DNA of 64,000 nucleotides from Antedon mediterranea. Its lineage: Eukaryota; Animalia; Echinodermata. Below, one piece after another: positions 41,070 to 53,502 of the stretch. Position numbers and translations under genes: made by a program. The stretch is from assembly GCF_964355755.1 (NCBI RefSeq), contig NC_092674.1:1240001-1304000 (forward strand), written 5' to 3'. Each line of letters starts with the position of its first letter. Position 1 is the stretch's first letter. Below the pieces are notes generated by a model. It was not told the DNA's origin. It ran no database searches and was given only the letters and a program-made list of their open reading frames with translations.

Positions 41070-41891
41070 GCTTTACTGTTTTGAAACACTTCATGTAAAA
41101 GGATATGATATAAAGATAATGAGCCCTTATATGATGTAGAATGAATCTATTAATCGGCATCATATAAAAATAATATAAATGTTTTGTTTCCAATAATATG
41201 ACATATAAAGCTTTCATCTTCCATAAAAATACTTGCATATAAATGTAAGGATCATTTATTTAATAAGAGGATTTTAACTAATTAAATTAGTATTATTATT
41301 TTATTAGTATCACTAGCCACTCACAGGCTAGGTCAGCAATCCCATTAGACTAGCTAGGGGAGCCTAGCCTACACTTTAGATTAGGCTTACTAGGGCCAGG
41401 CCTTTTTAATTTTATGTCAACAACAATACAATACAATACATTGGAAATCACAAATAAGTTTTGGAAAAAACCGAAAAAAAAAATATGCCTAGACCCTAGG
41501 CCAATTTCATATGCACACATTTTATGTGGACACACGTTACGAATATTTAGTTATAGGCCTACGGCCTAGGCCCAGCTATGCATAGTTTTTAAGAAAACAA
41601 AACACGAGCAGCATGCACGACACTGGACTTTCCCGGTGCTACACAAACTGAGAAGCATGATGTTTAGTTAACTCTTCGGCCTATATGGGCCTAGCGAAAC
41701 ATGTAATATTCTCTTTAAAGGAAGGATAATCTATAATAAAAGTCTATACGAGAATAAGGTGAATTGTTAACTATACCTTTCAGGGTGGGTAATAAGGGAA
41801 ATTTCAGTAGATTATCTACAAACCTGACAATTTATGAAGTAAGTAAACTTCCCTCGCACAAAATGTATTTTGTGAGCGAGCTGTCCTCACC

Positions 41892-41909
41892 TGAGCATGC
41901 GCAGATTGG
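41892..41909 (-). promoter_or_regulatory. Candidate FAM122 core promoter: NRF1-like site plus CCAAT box
   Basis: tgagcatgcgca (1 mismatch to TGCGCATGCGCA) followed by attgg, about 0.8 kb upstream of the ATG, with a possible minus-strand donor near 41776 for a non-coding first exon. Confidence 0.4.
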
Positions 41910-42406
41910 TCTCTTGCTAAATATGCTAGAACTGCTGAACTTTTATTTTGTACTACACACAGTTAGCATCATGCAAGCTACACAATACTTCATTGTTTAT
42001 ACATGCCTATTTATATCACTAAGAATAACAGTTGAGATTGAAATTATAGAATTTAACATTAATAATTTGTACATCTGGCTGCTCAAAATATTAAATCAGG
42101 ATAGTCTTCTCGACGGGTATTTTATTATAATGACCTCTTTAACAATGAATAAAAACACACCTGTCCATGATTAATTATTTTCGTTATTTATTGTTTTAGT
42201 CATAATTGAAACCCTTAAGTGCCATCGTTTGAATTTGTCCGTCGAACGGCGTCCCTTGATTTTCTGATGTCGGCCTTTGTATTATAAAATATGATATACT
42301 TCAGCATAGTATTGTATTATATGTGCAACCTTTACGTAAGTAAAATTATTTCTATCATCGGAGTTTTTTTTTTTTTTTACTTCAGGCCTGATTACGAAGA
42401 ACACAG

Positions 42407-45400
42407 TTAGATGATATGTGAATCGGTTTTAACATCCAAGTACGGAAATAATCCAACAAATTTCTATGGAACAAATAAAATAGATTATTTAGCTTAAATA
42501 TAATAAGTAAAGAAGGATATTATAAGCCTGAACTGTTAAACTGTATTTAAGCTCTGTCTACACTATCAAAGTTTATGTGACAAAAAATGTGATGTGCCTA
42601 AGTATATACGATAATGTCATATCACTACCAAATTTGGCATATCACTATCATATTTGGCCACAATTACTTGAGTTTGCGGCCTTCTTCAAAGTCTGTCTAG
42701 ATAATAATAATATTAATACCTTTAAAAACGGCTTGTGATTTAAAAACTTGCTTCGCAGATCGTAACTGTTAAATTTAAGGAATTAAATAAAATATTAAGT
42801 TGTTAAAATAGGTCTACGTTTGGAGTCTCCATGCCAATCATGCATCAATAACCTGATATTCATAAATCATACGGTATGTAAAAGAAAGTGAATCGCTTTA
42901 TAGTCTTTCAAAAAAAAAAATTGTTACATAAAGGCACTTTTTACTTACATAAAAATGGCATGGAAAGCAGTGCCTAGCCCCGAGAACACGTGCCACCAGG
43001 CATGAAGCTGTAGAGCAGGCTGAATAAATTGCGGCAGAGAACCTCTTACTTCCCTAAACAAAGTTTATCGTCTTTTTTATAATGTATTTATGTATGAACC
43101 AAATAAATTCAATCAATCAATCAATCAAGTACAAAATATATAAATGCCGATTCACTGTGGTATTAATAAAGGTATTGGAATGATGCCCATATATGTACAT
43201 TATTATGTCATATGACTACAATATTTGGGTATATCACTTACCGTATTTGGGCACACCACACTTATGTGATGTGTCCAAGGTTTGAAAGTGTAGACAGAGC
43301 TTAATAAATTACCTTAACTCTGAGCATGCAAAGCGGTCAACAACCCAGCACAATCCAGCAAGAACAAAGAACATCAAAGACAACAACAAGTAACTTTTGT
43401 TACAACGATAGTTTCTGAAATTTAGAAGATGTTATCAATAACTTTTGCTATTTTTTTGCAATAGATTGTAATATTCAAGTTAGTTTCTAAATGACTTAAA
43501 TAAAAATGTAAAGAAGCCTGTGAGGTAATTGTCACGTGACTAACCTTGCATAATATATTGATAGAACGACAACTATTAGTAGGTTGATGAAGAATGCTGT
43601 CTAAATAAATGTTAAATGGAAAAGGCAATTATCAAATTATAGATATTCATTTATCTTGTCATTTCATTTATCCTCATCTATCATCATCTATCATCATCTA
43701 TCATCATCTATCATCATTATATCTGCCAACACTCAGAAGCAACTAATTAAAATGGGCGTACCCTAAATAAGAATGGCGTCGGACTAACAACTGTTACTAC
43801 GGTAACTATTACAGATCCAACAAGCAGCACCAAAGATAGAAATATGTTCTGTTTTTGTCGAGATGATTGAGTTTCAATTCTAAAAATGACACAAAAGACT
43901 ATTTATAAATGCAATACAAAAGAGTTTGATTTCGTTTCCGTTGCTATTGAATATCTTTACCATTCTATATTAATTATTATTATATTTCAAAAACTTTCCA
44001 GATACTCACAGGCAAAACATGTAGACGGTGATAGCCCATATCATTGGAAGCTGGTCGAAAAGCTTGAAGATTGAATAACAGTTACGGTTAAGACCACCGA
44101 AATAATATATATCGGCCATCATAAAAGTAATAGAAAAAAAAGTGAACAATATTTTACCTGGCCTGTGAGACTGAGTGTCATGTGAAAGAAACATGATCCA
44201 ATTCCAACAGCTAGATTTTGAACAAAGAGAACATGAGTTAGTGTTGAATATAAGAACCTAGGGTACACATTGGAAGAATCTAGGGGTACACATTGGAAGA
44301 ACGTACCTAGGGGTACACATTGCAAGAACCTAGGGGTACACATTGCAAGAACCTAGGGGTACACATTGCAAGAACCTAGGGGTACACATTGCAAGAACCT
44401 AGGGGTACACATTGCAAGAACCTAGGTGTACACATTGCAAGAACCTAGGGGTACACATTGCAAGAACCTAGGGGAACACATTGCAAGAACCTAGGGGAAC
44501 ACATTGCAAGAACCTAGGGGTACACATTGCAAGAACCTAGGGGTACACATTGCAAGAACCTAGGGGTACACATTGCAAGAACCTAGGGGTACACATTGCA
44601 AGAACCTAGGGGTACACATTGCAAGAACCTAGGGGTACACATTGCAAGAACCTAGGGGTACACATTGCAAGAACCTAGGGGTACACATTGCAAGAACCTA
44701 GGGGTACACATTGCAAGAACCTAGGGGTACACATTGCAAGAACCTAGGGGTACACATTGCAAGAACCTAGGGGTACACATTGCAAGAACCTAGGGGTACA
44801 CATTGCAAGAACCTAGGGGTACACACTGCAAGAACCTAGGGGTACACACTGCAAGAACCTAGGGGTACACATTGCAAGAACCTAGGGGTACACATTGCAA
44901 GAACCTAGGGGTACACATTGCAAGAACCTAGGGGTACACATTGCAAGAACCTAGGTGTACACATTGCAAGAACCTAGGGGTACACATTGCAAGAACCTAG
45001 GGGAACACATTGCAAGAACCTAGGGGTACACATTGCAAGAACCTAGGGGTACACATTGCAAGAACCTAGGGGTACACATTGCAAGAACCTAGGGGTACAC
45101 ATTGCAAGAACCTAGGGGTACACATTGCAAGAACCTAGGGGTACACATTGCAAGAACCTAGGGGTACACATTGCAAGAACCTAGGGGTACACATTGCAAG
45201 AACCTAGGGGTACACATTGCAAGAACCTAGGGGTACACATTGCAAGAAAGCAGTTTTCGTATCTTATATATTTTTCCAAAAATATAACTCATTATAGTGC
45301 TGGTAGGCCTATTCTAATGTCATTCTAAATATAACTCATTATAGTGCTGGTAGGCCTATTCTAATGTCATTCTAAATATAACTCATTATAGTGCTGGTAG

Positions 45401-45883
45401 GCCTATTCTAATGTCATTCTAAATATAACTCATTATAGTGCTGGTAGGCCTATTCTAATGTCATTCTAAATTGATATTTCACATTATGTCTATCAATGTT
45501 CATTCAATGTACGTCGCCCTCTAGACAAAGTGACAACTTACTTAATATTGCTAAATAGCCCACGACAAAACGCAACTCAGTTCCATTCCGAATACTATGA
45601 AATAATCCCAGAAATCCAGGAATAAAGATAAACAGATTTGATATTGTGTTCCCTACAAAGGAAAAAAAACATCAACAATATTCGTTAAATAACGTCGAAA
45701 CCTTTATGAATGAAAATGAGTCCGAAATGATGTGAATCTTTCTTTCATTACTGTGAACATAAAATAAGAAATTTACTCACAGAATTCAGCAACATACAGC
45801 GTTGTTTCGTAATTTTGCTCACACCAATCTGCCCGAGCTGTATGTGGTTCCCAAAATCCCTGTATACCTCCATCTCCGACCAT
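42407..45883 (-). CDS. ACER3: Alkaline ceramidase, ACER3-like (about 10 exons)
   Basis: Exons: MVGDGGIQGFWEPHTARADWCEQNYETTLYVAEF|WNTISNLF...|VGIGSCFFHMTLSLTGQ|LFDQLPMIW...|...CWVVDRFAC...|QLHAWWHVFSGLGTAFH|...|KFVGLFPYLDV...stop. CREST-family SxxxH and HxxxH motifs plus the DWCExN...E calcium motif. Confidence 0.9.
42550..42662. mobile_element. MITE family A, left portion only
   Basis: tta|agctctgtctacactatcaaag...catatttggccac; no right TIR follows directly. Confidence 0.8.
43181..43301. mobile_element. MITE family A, right portion only
   Basis: tgatgcccatatatg...gtttgaaagtgtagacagagct|taa. Confidence 0.8.
44254..45248. repeat. 23-bp minisatellite, about 43 near-identical copies, in an ACER3 intron
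   Basis: Unit gaacctaggggtacacattgcaa. Confidence 0.98.
45280..45471. repeat. ~47-bp tandem repeat, 4 perfect copies
   Basis: aaatataactcattatagtgctggtaggcctattctaatgtcattct x4. Confidence 0.95.
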
Positions 45884-47930
45884 TTTGCCTATTTAAATGA
45901 TAAGTATATTAAGTTTAATATACAGAGAACTATAAATGTACCTATATGCGACTCCATTTAAATGGTGAAAAATTTAACAGTATTTTACATAATTAATTGG
46001 TATGTAGGCAGGCCTACAACAAATTGAATTTTATGAAGAAATATATTTTCAATATACCTTAAACAATAGGCCTTTAGAATTCATGAACTCATAGAATATT
46101 TAAGCCTACCTTTAGAACTATTTACAGCGTTGCAGCTGCAATGTAAATACAATCAATGATGTTGATTGAACGAGTTGTGCTGCACATCAGTCTCGTGAAT
46201 AAATAAAGTTTACATATATAAGTGTGGAAACAAAGTTCATCAAAATGGCTGGTGTGCAATTATCAATTTGATAACAAATACAATTGTTATTGAAAATTAT
46301 ATTTGACCTTTGAACTTAAAAGAAACTTGGGCTCTCTAGATAATGTCTATAGTGTTAAGTAAAGTCAGCGATAAATTAAAAAGATTACATAATAACTGTT
46401 ATTGTTACTATCATTTCCACAATGTTGGTTCTAAAGTAGACCATATCCTTCCATATACTACTCTCCCATGTTCTTAATTGAGCTACCACTGAATTAGTGG
46501 CTCGTAGTATAGAATAATATACGCTTACCACCAGAAATATATAGTTAAACATTAAAATACAAATTGGCTGGTTCAGATGTTTTGCATGAACACACGCAAT
46601 TGTCACGCACGGAATAATATTGTAAAGTTCACATTTGTACGCTAAATCAACGTTATTATTACTATAATATCTATTGTACTTATAATTATATAGGTTATCG
46701 ATTACATATAGACGGGTCTTTATAGTTTCTTCATGAAAAGAATTCACGTTTCAATTTAAATATCACTCGATATTAATGACGTCATTCACATTATGAATCT
46801 CCGAGATTGCACCACTGTGATCTTAATACGATATATTTACACCTAGTCCTCCTTCCTAATGGCTTTTTAATTCTATAACTTGATTAAGAATCAAAGATTA
46901 CCAATTACTAATTCGACTTCACTGCTCTTAGAACGTTTTCATTATTCCAAATTATTGTTTCTAATCATCAGAATTTAATTAGCTACAAAATGGAACGATT
47001 AAAATCATGTTAATGGTTGCAGGATTGGAGTCAACGACATACGGCTGACTGAGTCATTCAATTATGAAGATTGTAAGAAAGTATTTTATTACAATAGTAT
47101 TATTAACACTGTCGTCTTATCATAACGATAGATTATTATTATTGTTATTTTAAACAATTTTCTTATTAGATTCAATAATTATTGATGAAGAATAATAACA
47201 ATATATAACTGTCAGCGACGACGACGGCTAAACAGCTTTGTGTACCATAAAAGCTTTGTATAATAATATGACCATTGTTTGTTATACTACAAATAGAATC
47301 CATTAATATTAAAATATTTTATTATTATTTATATATAAAATATACATCAGCATATTTGTTATTTAATTATTTCGTGTGCAAATTCTTGTCCTTATTCAAA
47401 ATTCTCAAATGATCCTATAATAGGTGAGAGGAGAAAATCGATCAATTGAGTTGATTTTTACAATTGGTAAGAATGGCTAACTTCGTACTTGGTTCTAAAT
47501 TTTAAATAATTCAGTCAATATTTGTTTTCGATCTTCTCGCAAACAACAAAACAAACAATAACATATGTATTAAAGAAATTTGACATTTAAAAAGTACAAC
47601 TTAAAACATGCCGTCTTATACTCATTGAAGTCATTAAACATTAATACCGGTAACAACATTGTTCAGTAAAAAATGTTTCTGAATCTCCTTTGTAATATTA
47701 ATGAACGATAACAAGTTAACGTACAATATTTGTTACGTATTAAAAATATACTATCAAATATCTTATTACGCCCGCAGTCTTTTGTTAACATCGGCACCCG
47801 TTCTACTAGAACAAACAATTAGCAGTGATTAAATTTGGTACAGAGCATTAAGTGTATTATTGGATTATATTTAACAAACAAACCAACCAAGTGAAACAGC
47901 TCTGCCGTTTATCAGTAATTAGCAAGTAAT

Positions 47931-47976
47931 TAATTGAATTAAATTTACTAATGGTTTGTCCAAATTTGTATAAAAA
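47931..47976 (+). promoter_or_regulatory. Candidate Shox core promoter: P3 homeodomain palindrome plus TATA box
   Basis: TAATTGAATTA at 47931-47941 and TATAAAAA at 47969-47976, about 440 bp upstream of the ATG at 48416. Confidence 0.4.
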
Positions 47977-48415
47977 CCTGGTGGAAAAGATTTGAATTCT
48001 TAGTTACGAACTTGTTCTCGCTTCGGTCTCTAGTAAAACTAAAGCCTGTCGTTATTTTTAATTCATTCCTAAGTTCGGAAGAAGAAAAGAAAAGAAAACA
48101 ACTAACGAAAGAAGAAAATCGAAGAACAAATAATTAAAGCTGGTAAATGATTTCATGTTTGAGTTGCGAACTTGCTTTGATTGGTTTGTTTTTTTATCTA
48201 TGTTAGAACTTAAACCTAGTGTACGGTTTCCAATTAATTGAGTTCAACAGAAGAAAAAAAGAGAACAAAACAAAACTAAGGAAATAAATAGAAAGAAAGA
48301 AGAAGGAGAAGGAAGAGTAGAAATTTAGCAAAAAACTATAGCCGTTGTTATAGACTAGATAATTCAGATTATTGAAACAAATTAACAATTTGACCGAGAA
48401 ATAAAATATTCAAAT

Positions 48416-50565
48416 ATGGAACAACTCCAAGCTTTTGTTTCCAACTCATTTGCAGATGAAGACAATTCAAAATCTACAAGAAAAAATGTAGCACCTCTCA
48501 AGACACTTTGGAGTTGCCTCCGTGACGTTCAGGTGGACGAAGTTGATGACGATACCTCTTCTGATGCTGGATCATACAATTTAGTCACTTACGAAACAAG
48601 AAACGTAGAACATTGTAGCAATACGAAGAAATTAGAGCAAAGAAATCAATTAGGTAATGGCTATATTTTGTCTTGGATGGTTGCATCATTGGAGTGGGCC
48701 TATCGTTTTATCACATCAATCCAGTTGAAAATAGGCCTACATAAAGGTACCACGATTAAAATAATATAGGCATTAGAAATTATATTTTTCGTTTGTCCTG
48801 TGCAACATTATTTAAAATAAATATTTCACAATTATATTTGTGAAATAAGTTTACAAAGTAGTATGGTTTGTACGCAGAAAAATGTGATTTACCCATATAT
48901 GGACATATCACACTTTTTGTCAAATTAGTTTGACAGTGTAGACAGAGCCTTAAGCTCTATCTACACTATCAAACTTTATGTGACAAAAAAATGTGATGTG
49001 CCCATATATGGACATGATGATGTCATATCACTACCATATTTGAGCATATCACTGCTATATTTGGGCACATCACACCTTTTTTGTCAAACTAATTTGATAG
49101 TGTAGACAGAGCTTAAGAATATATTAATATTTACTATCATATATTATTTAAGTATTATTCGGTGTTTGTATTCCTTACAGAAACTGTAGAAAAATTACAT
49201 TCGTCAATAGATAATAATTTATCAGATAAAATAGAAAATCCGAATCTTATCAAAGAAAAAACAAAGATAAAACAACGACGAAGTCGAACGAACTTTACAA
49301 TGGAACAACTAAACCAACTTGAAAAACTCTTTGATGAAACGCACTACCCGGACGCATTCATGCGTGAAGAGCTAAGTCGTAAACTTGGACTTTCCGAAGC
49401 ACGGGTTCAGGTAAGTTTTGACTCATTATTTGGGCAAATCACATTATACATGCTTGTAGCGGGTGTAGTTTTACTTATTTATTGTACGTGTCTCCTTATT
49501 TGGACATTTAAAGAAAAATCAGGCATATCCTAAAGCAGCCTATCTTGCCTAGCTATTTTTCTATCTAGCTACCAACTATATGTATTTTAAGGTATTTACT
49601 ATATGATACATGCCATATTAGTCCTACTAACTATTAATAACGTATAGTATTATTATTATTACATATTAACTCTCTAATATTCGATGTAGTTTATTAATAT
49701 TATTCTACATGTTTTGCTTTAACATTAATGATACTGATTGTATTATATTTTAGGTTTGGTTTCAAAACCGACGAGCGAAATGTCGAAAGCAAGAAACTAC
49801 TGTAGGGAAAGGTATTTGCTTACTCTCATTATTATGTGCAAAGAATAAAAAAATATTTCGTTCATCTAATACTGAGGCCCCATTGGAAAATTATAATATT
49901 AATAAACTGAATAATTCATGTAATACATCTCAATTAAACCAAACCAAGGCCGGCTATCAAACACTTTCAAACACTGCTTTCATTTTCTTTTTCTTAAACA
50001 ATATTTATATTAACAGAGATCTATATTTTGGGTTAGTTGTACCAATTTACAACCAAAACTGAATACATTCACACGGCTTTCCTTGCCAGATTGCCTAAAA
50101 AATGTATAGGCCTATATTTTTCAAAAACAAAAGCTATTAATTTATTGTAAAGACTTTGGGTTTCTTCAAGTTGTCGCCAATGATATCACATCCAATTTTT
50201 CTCTACTTTATATTAATATTAAGTAACATAAGTTTTATTTACTTATAGGTTTTGGGGGCAACTTTGTCGGGAAACCGTTACCAATCGATTCATGTCACGT
50301 GGCTCCTTATCTAAGCGTAGGATCCGTAAAGCTACCAATAGATCGTCTACAGGCTCAGCTGCAAATGAACCTCTCTACGCCACCTGAGCCTAGGCCTATC
50401 GCAGCACCTTTCTTCCCGCATCCATTATTCATGTTTCCTTCTGCTAGTTATCCGTTTCATCTTGCCACACTAATGGGTGGGGTAATGACGTCACATAAGG
50501 CGGCAAGTATTGAAGATTTGAGATTAAAAGCAAAACGACACGCTCCTTCGTTTGGGCTATTGTAA
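48416..50565 (+). CDS. SHOX: Short stature homeobox (Shox/Shox2 family) transcription factor, 4 coding exons
   Basis: Exons 48416-48653, 49181-49410, 49754-49811, 50249-50565. Homeodomain [47 protein letters not shown]|[14 protein letters not shown] is diagnostic of Shox; C-terminal OAR motif [16 protein letters not shown]. Confidence 0.96.
48880..49113. mobile_element. MITE family A: partial copy directly followed by a full copy (48953-49113), Shox intron 1
   Basis: ...gtgtagacagagcc|tta|agctctatctacactatcaaac...gtgtagacagagct|taa. Confidence 0.88.
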
Positions 50566-51249
50566 AATATTTACTATTTTAGCATCTCAATGTTTATGTA
50601 GGTTTTACAAAAGGCAATTTATACGTAAATATAATATAAATGTATGTTTTGAAATATCGGAGTTCTCACACCGATATTTTTGTGACGTATACAGTAACTT
50701 CAAACATATATTGTCTCTCTTACCTGAACACATATTTTTTTAATATGCCAGTTTATGTTGCATAATAGTTATTCAAAAAATTGAATCGATAAAAAAATGA
50801 TCTGACAAAAAAAAATTATTTCAGATAATAGTCAAATTGGCTCTGAGATAAATTTTAATTTAACAGTTTATTTTGTATACAGTATATAAGTCAAATCACT
50901 CTATTTTTTTCAATGCGAAACTAAATAACTTAAACAAATCATAAAAAGAAGGAGGCTGGAACTACAATGTTGAGGCCTTTGCAACAACATTCTTAACCCA
51001 TTATTGTAGCATACCTCCGACATCTAATTGCATTATACTCTTCATGTTCGTGCTTTTGAGTAAAAATTATAATTTTCTCGACAAAAAAAATGCAAAAGAG
51101 GAAAAATATGTGTTCCATTTCACTAACTCGTTAGTAAAATAACCTTATGATTTAAGCATACTATGATTATTTATAATGTGTGTGTTCCGTTTATTGATTG
51201 ATATTTTTGCTAGTATTCAAAGGGCGGTAGCCTAAACGACACTCAAGCG

Positions 51250-51412
51250 TTTTATGCTTGGTAATACTACTCCAATCGATTTTTTAAGTTAAATTTTTTA
51301 GTTTATTGGCCTAATAGTGTGTTGAACGTCAATTTTATGCTTAGTAGTACTACTCAATATCGATTTTAAGTCTATTTTTAGGTCTATAAACCTAATAGTT
51401 CGTTGAACGACA
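51250..51412. repeat. ~80-bp imperfect tandem duplication downstream of Shox
   Basis: ttttatgcttRgtaRtactactc...cgattt...cctaatagt...gttgaacg twice. Confidence 0.7.
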
Positions 51413-53502
51413 ATAATTATTACAATACTGAATTCACACTTAAAATATGAAGATGACACTTGACAGTAAATTAACAATGATTAAAGATTAAACACTCTAT
51501 TAGAGTCGGAGAGCTATTAGAGTAAGACTTAGACTAAGTAATTAGAAAATCGTTCACAAGGACATGCTTTATCGATCGTTTTATAGGATGGCTAATCAGA
51601 CAAAGATTGAGTTTAATTAGTTCTCACTTGTTTAATGAATAAAAAATGTTGTATTCACGTCACTTTTTAAATTTTATTTTTTCTGTAATCATCATCATGC
51701 TGATAATTCAATGAAAGTCATTAATGAAAATTGTGATTAAAGTCTAGCTCCGGGTTTAAATTCATTGTTTACTATTAAACTTTGGCAACATGCAACATTG
51801 GCAAAACACATATTGTTTAACAGCGGTGAAGCTGAGCGAGTGGAATAAGCTCTTTCTAAAAACTGGAGCTACGGTAATTTTTCATAATATTATAATTCAC
51901 CAACATTTTTGCAATTTTGAAGAAATTATCTTAAGGAAAACCCTAAATACAAATCGAAACAACAATTAATTTTACACAAAAAAATAATATTTTATTATTA
52001 ATAGTTACCTTTTTAACGATTGTAAGTTATTGAAAATCAGTAAAATGTTCAAACATTACCAAAAGTCAAAAAACAATAATAATGCTATTGTCTGGATTGT
52101 TTGATAGTCATTAGCTTGGTGGCGCTCTCGTATAATCGATTATCATTGGTTTGTACACAATATTTTCTCTTTCATACACAAAGTAGCGTTCAGACTGAAG
52201 AAGACGCGTTGTAAGAAATACGTCGACGACGGTGTTACGTTTTCTGTAAAACAAACTTTTGTTACACGCCGACGATGTAAGTACGATTAAAATTATTAGT
52301 TATTCCTCTTGTTTTTATCATTATTTCTTTTACTTCTGCAACATGTTTTAAGCTGGTTAATTATGTTATTAAATGTTCCGATAAGGTTGAAAATTCATGT
52401 TTTTTTTAGATCATACTACTTAAATGTATTGTGAGTCATAATGGTATAATTATCAATAAGGATACTTTGAGGAAGCTACAAGTTTGTTACAATAACACAT
52501 TGCGTATGATACTTAATTAACAACGACATAAGTCATCAGTCTGTGTTATTAATGGGTAATGTTATCTTTCAAGAAAAATATTTTAACTAAAAATTAACCA
52601 CTCTCAACACAACCAAAGTTTTGGTTATTTACATTATGAGAAATGCAATTTATGGCTCAGCAGTTATACATTGGATCACGAATTTTAAAATAAGTGAATA
52701 GAGGTTCAGACTTATTAGTCTCCACGCACAATCAAATAATATTATTTATATCATTACAAATGTATAATATGATGTGTGAAATAAACTAAACTGAAACTGA
52801 TAAATGGATTACTGCACTGTAATTGTATTCATCGGCGGTGACACCAATATTGTTCACACGCGCGCGTATAAAGTCTTACCATCATCATTAAAACGCGCAT
52901 CCTATATGATTGCTGATTTAATTTGATTTATCTAGATTCCATACTGAAGATGAGTGGAGGGTTATTGTTAACGAAGAGACCTAGCCCTAGAAAGGAGTTT
53001 CAACACTTGCTCAAGATTTATTTAGTAAGATTTTAAAGACATCGTCTCCCTGAAAACAATTATTTCGTTTATTTTAATGTTACATGCGGTAGTTATTCCC
53101 TTTGACCAAGAATTCGATCGAAAAAAATAATTGCCTGAAATATTGACAGTATCTTCATTTTTTTATGTTTTTGGAAGACAATACATCTTTAATACTGTTT
53201 TTCAATATCAATTTAGGGCGACACAAACTTTTAAATTTGAGCACTGTAATGTTACAGGATAGCTTTATATTAAAAAATAAAGAGTAGGTCTATGCGTAGG
53301 GTATATTCAATACATGTGTTGCGAGAGTCGGGGTTGCAGTTAATACATTCACAATAGCTTGCATGTGTATAGTTTTAGTAACTGTTATTTGTTTTTCTTG
53401 AGGTTAGGCTAATTGTTTTCGCTTGAAACTTACAAAACCGAGTAATTGTAATTATTTTAATTTGTTTTTATTGGTATGTCATTGATGTAGCTAACTTGTA
53501 TA

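Noticed and set aside
43422-43445. IDNIF peptide resembling human ACER3 WNIDNIF
   Set aside because: It lies in intron sequence just before an acceptor and ends in a stop; the real homologous segment is CWVVDRFAC in the next exon. Coincidence.
44254-45248. CRISPR-like or telomeric array (23-bp unit)
   Set aside because: No spacers, not TTAGGG-type, and intronic.
46385-46747. 120-aa minus-strand ORF between ACER3 and Shox
   Set aside because: AT-rich composition, no recognisable motif or splice context; likely a chance ORF.
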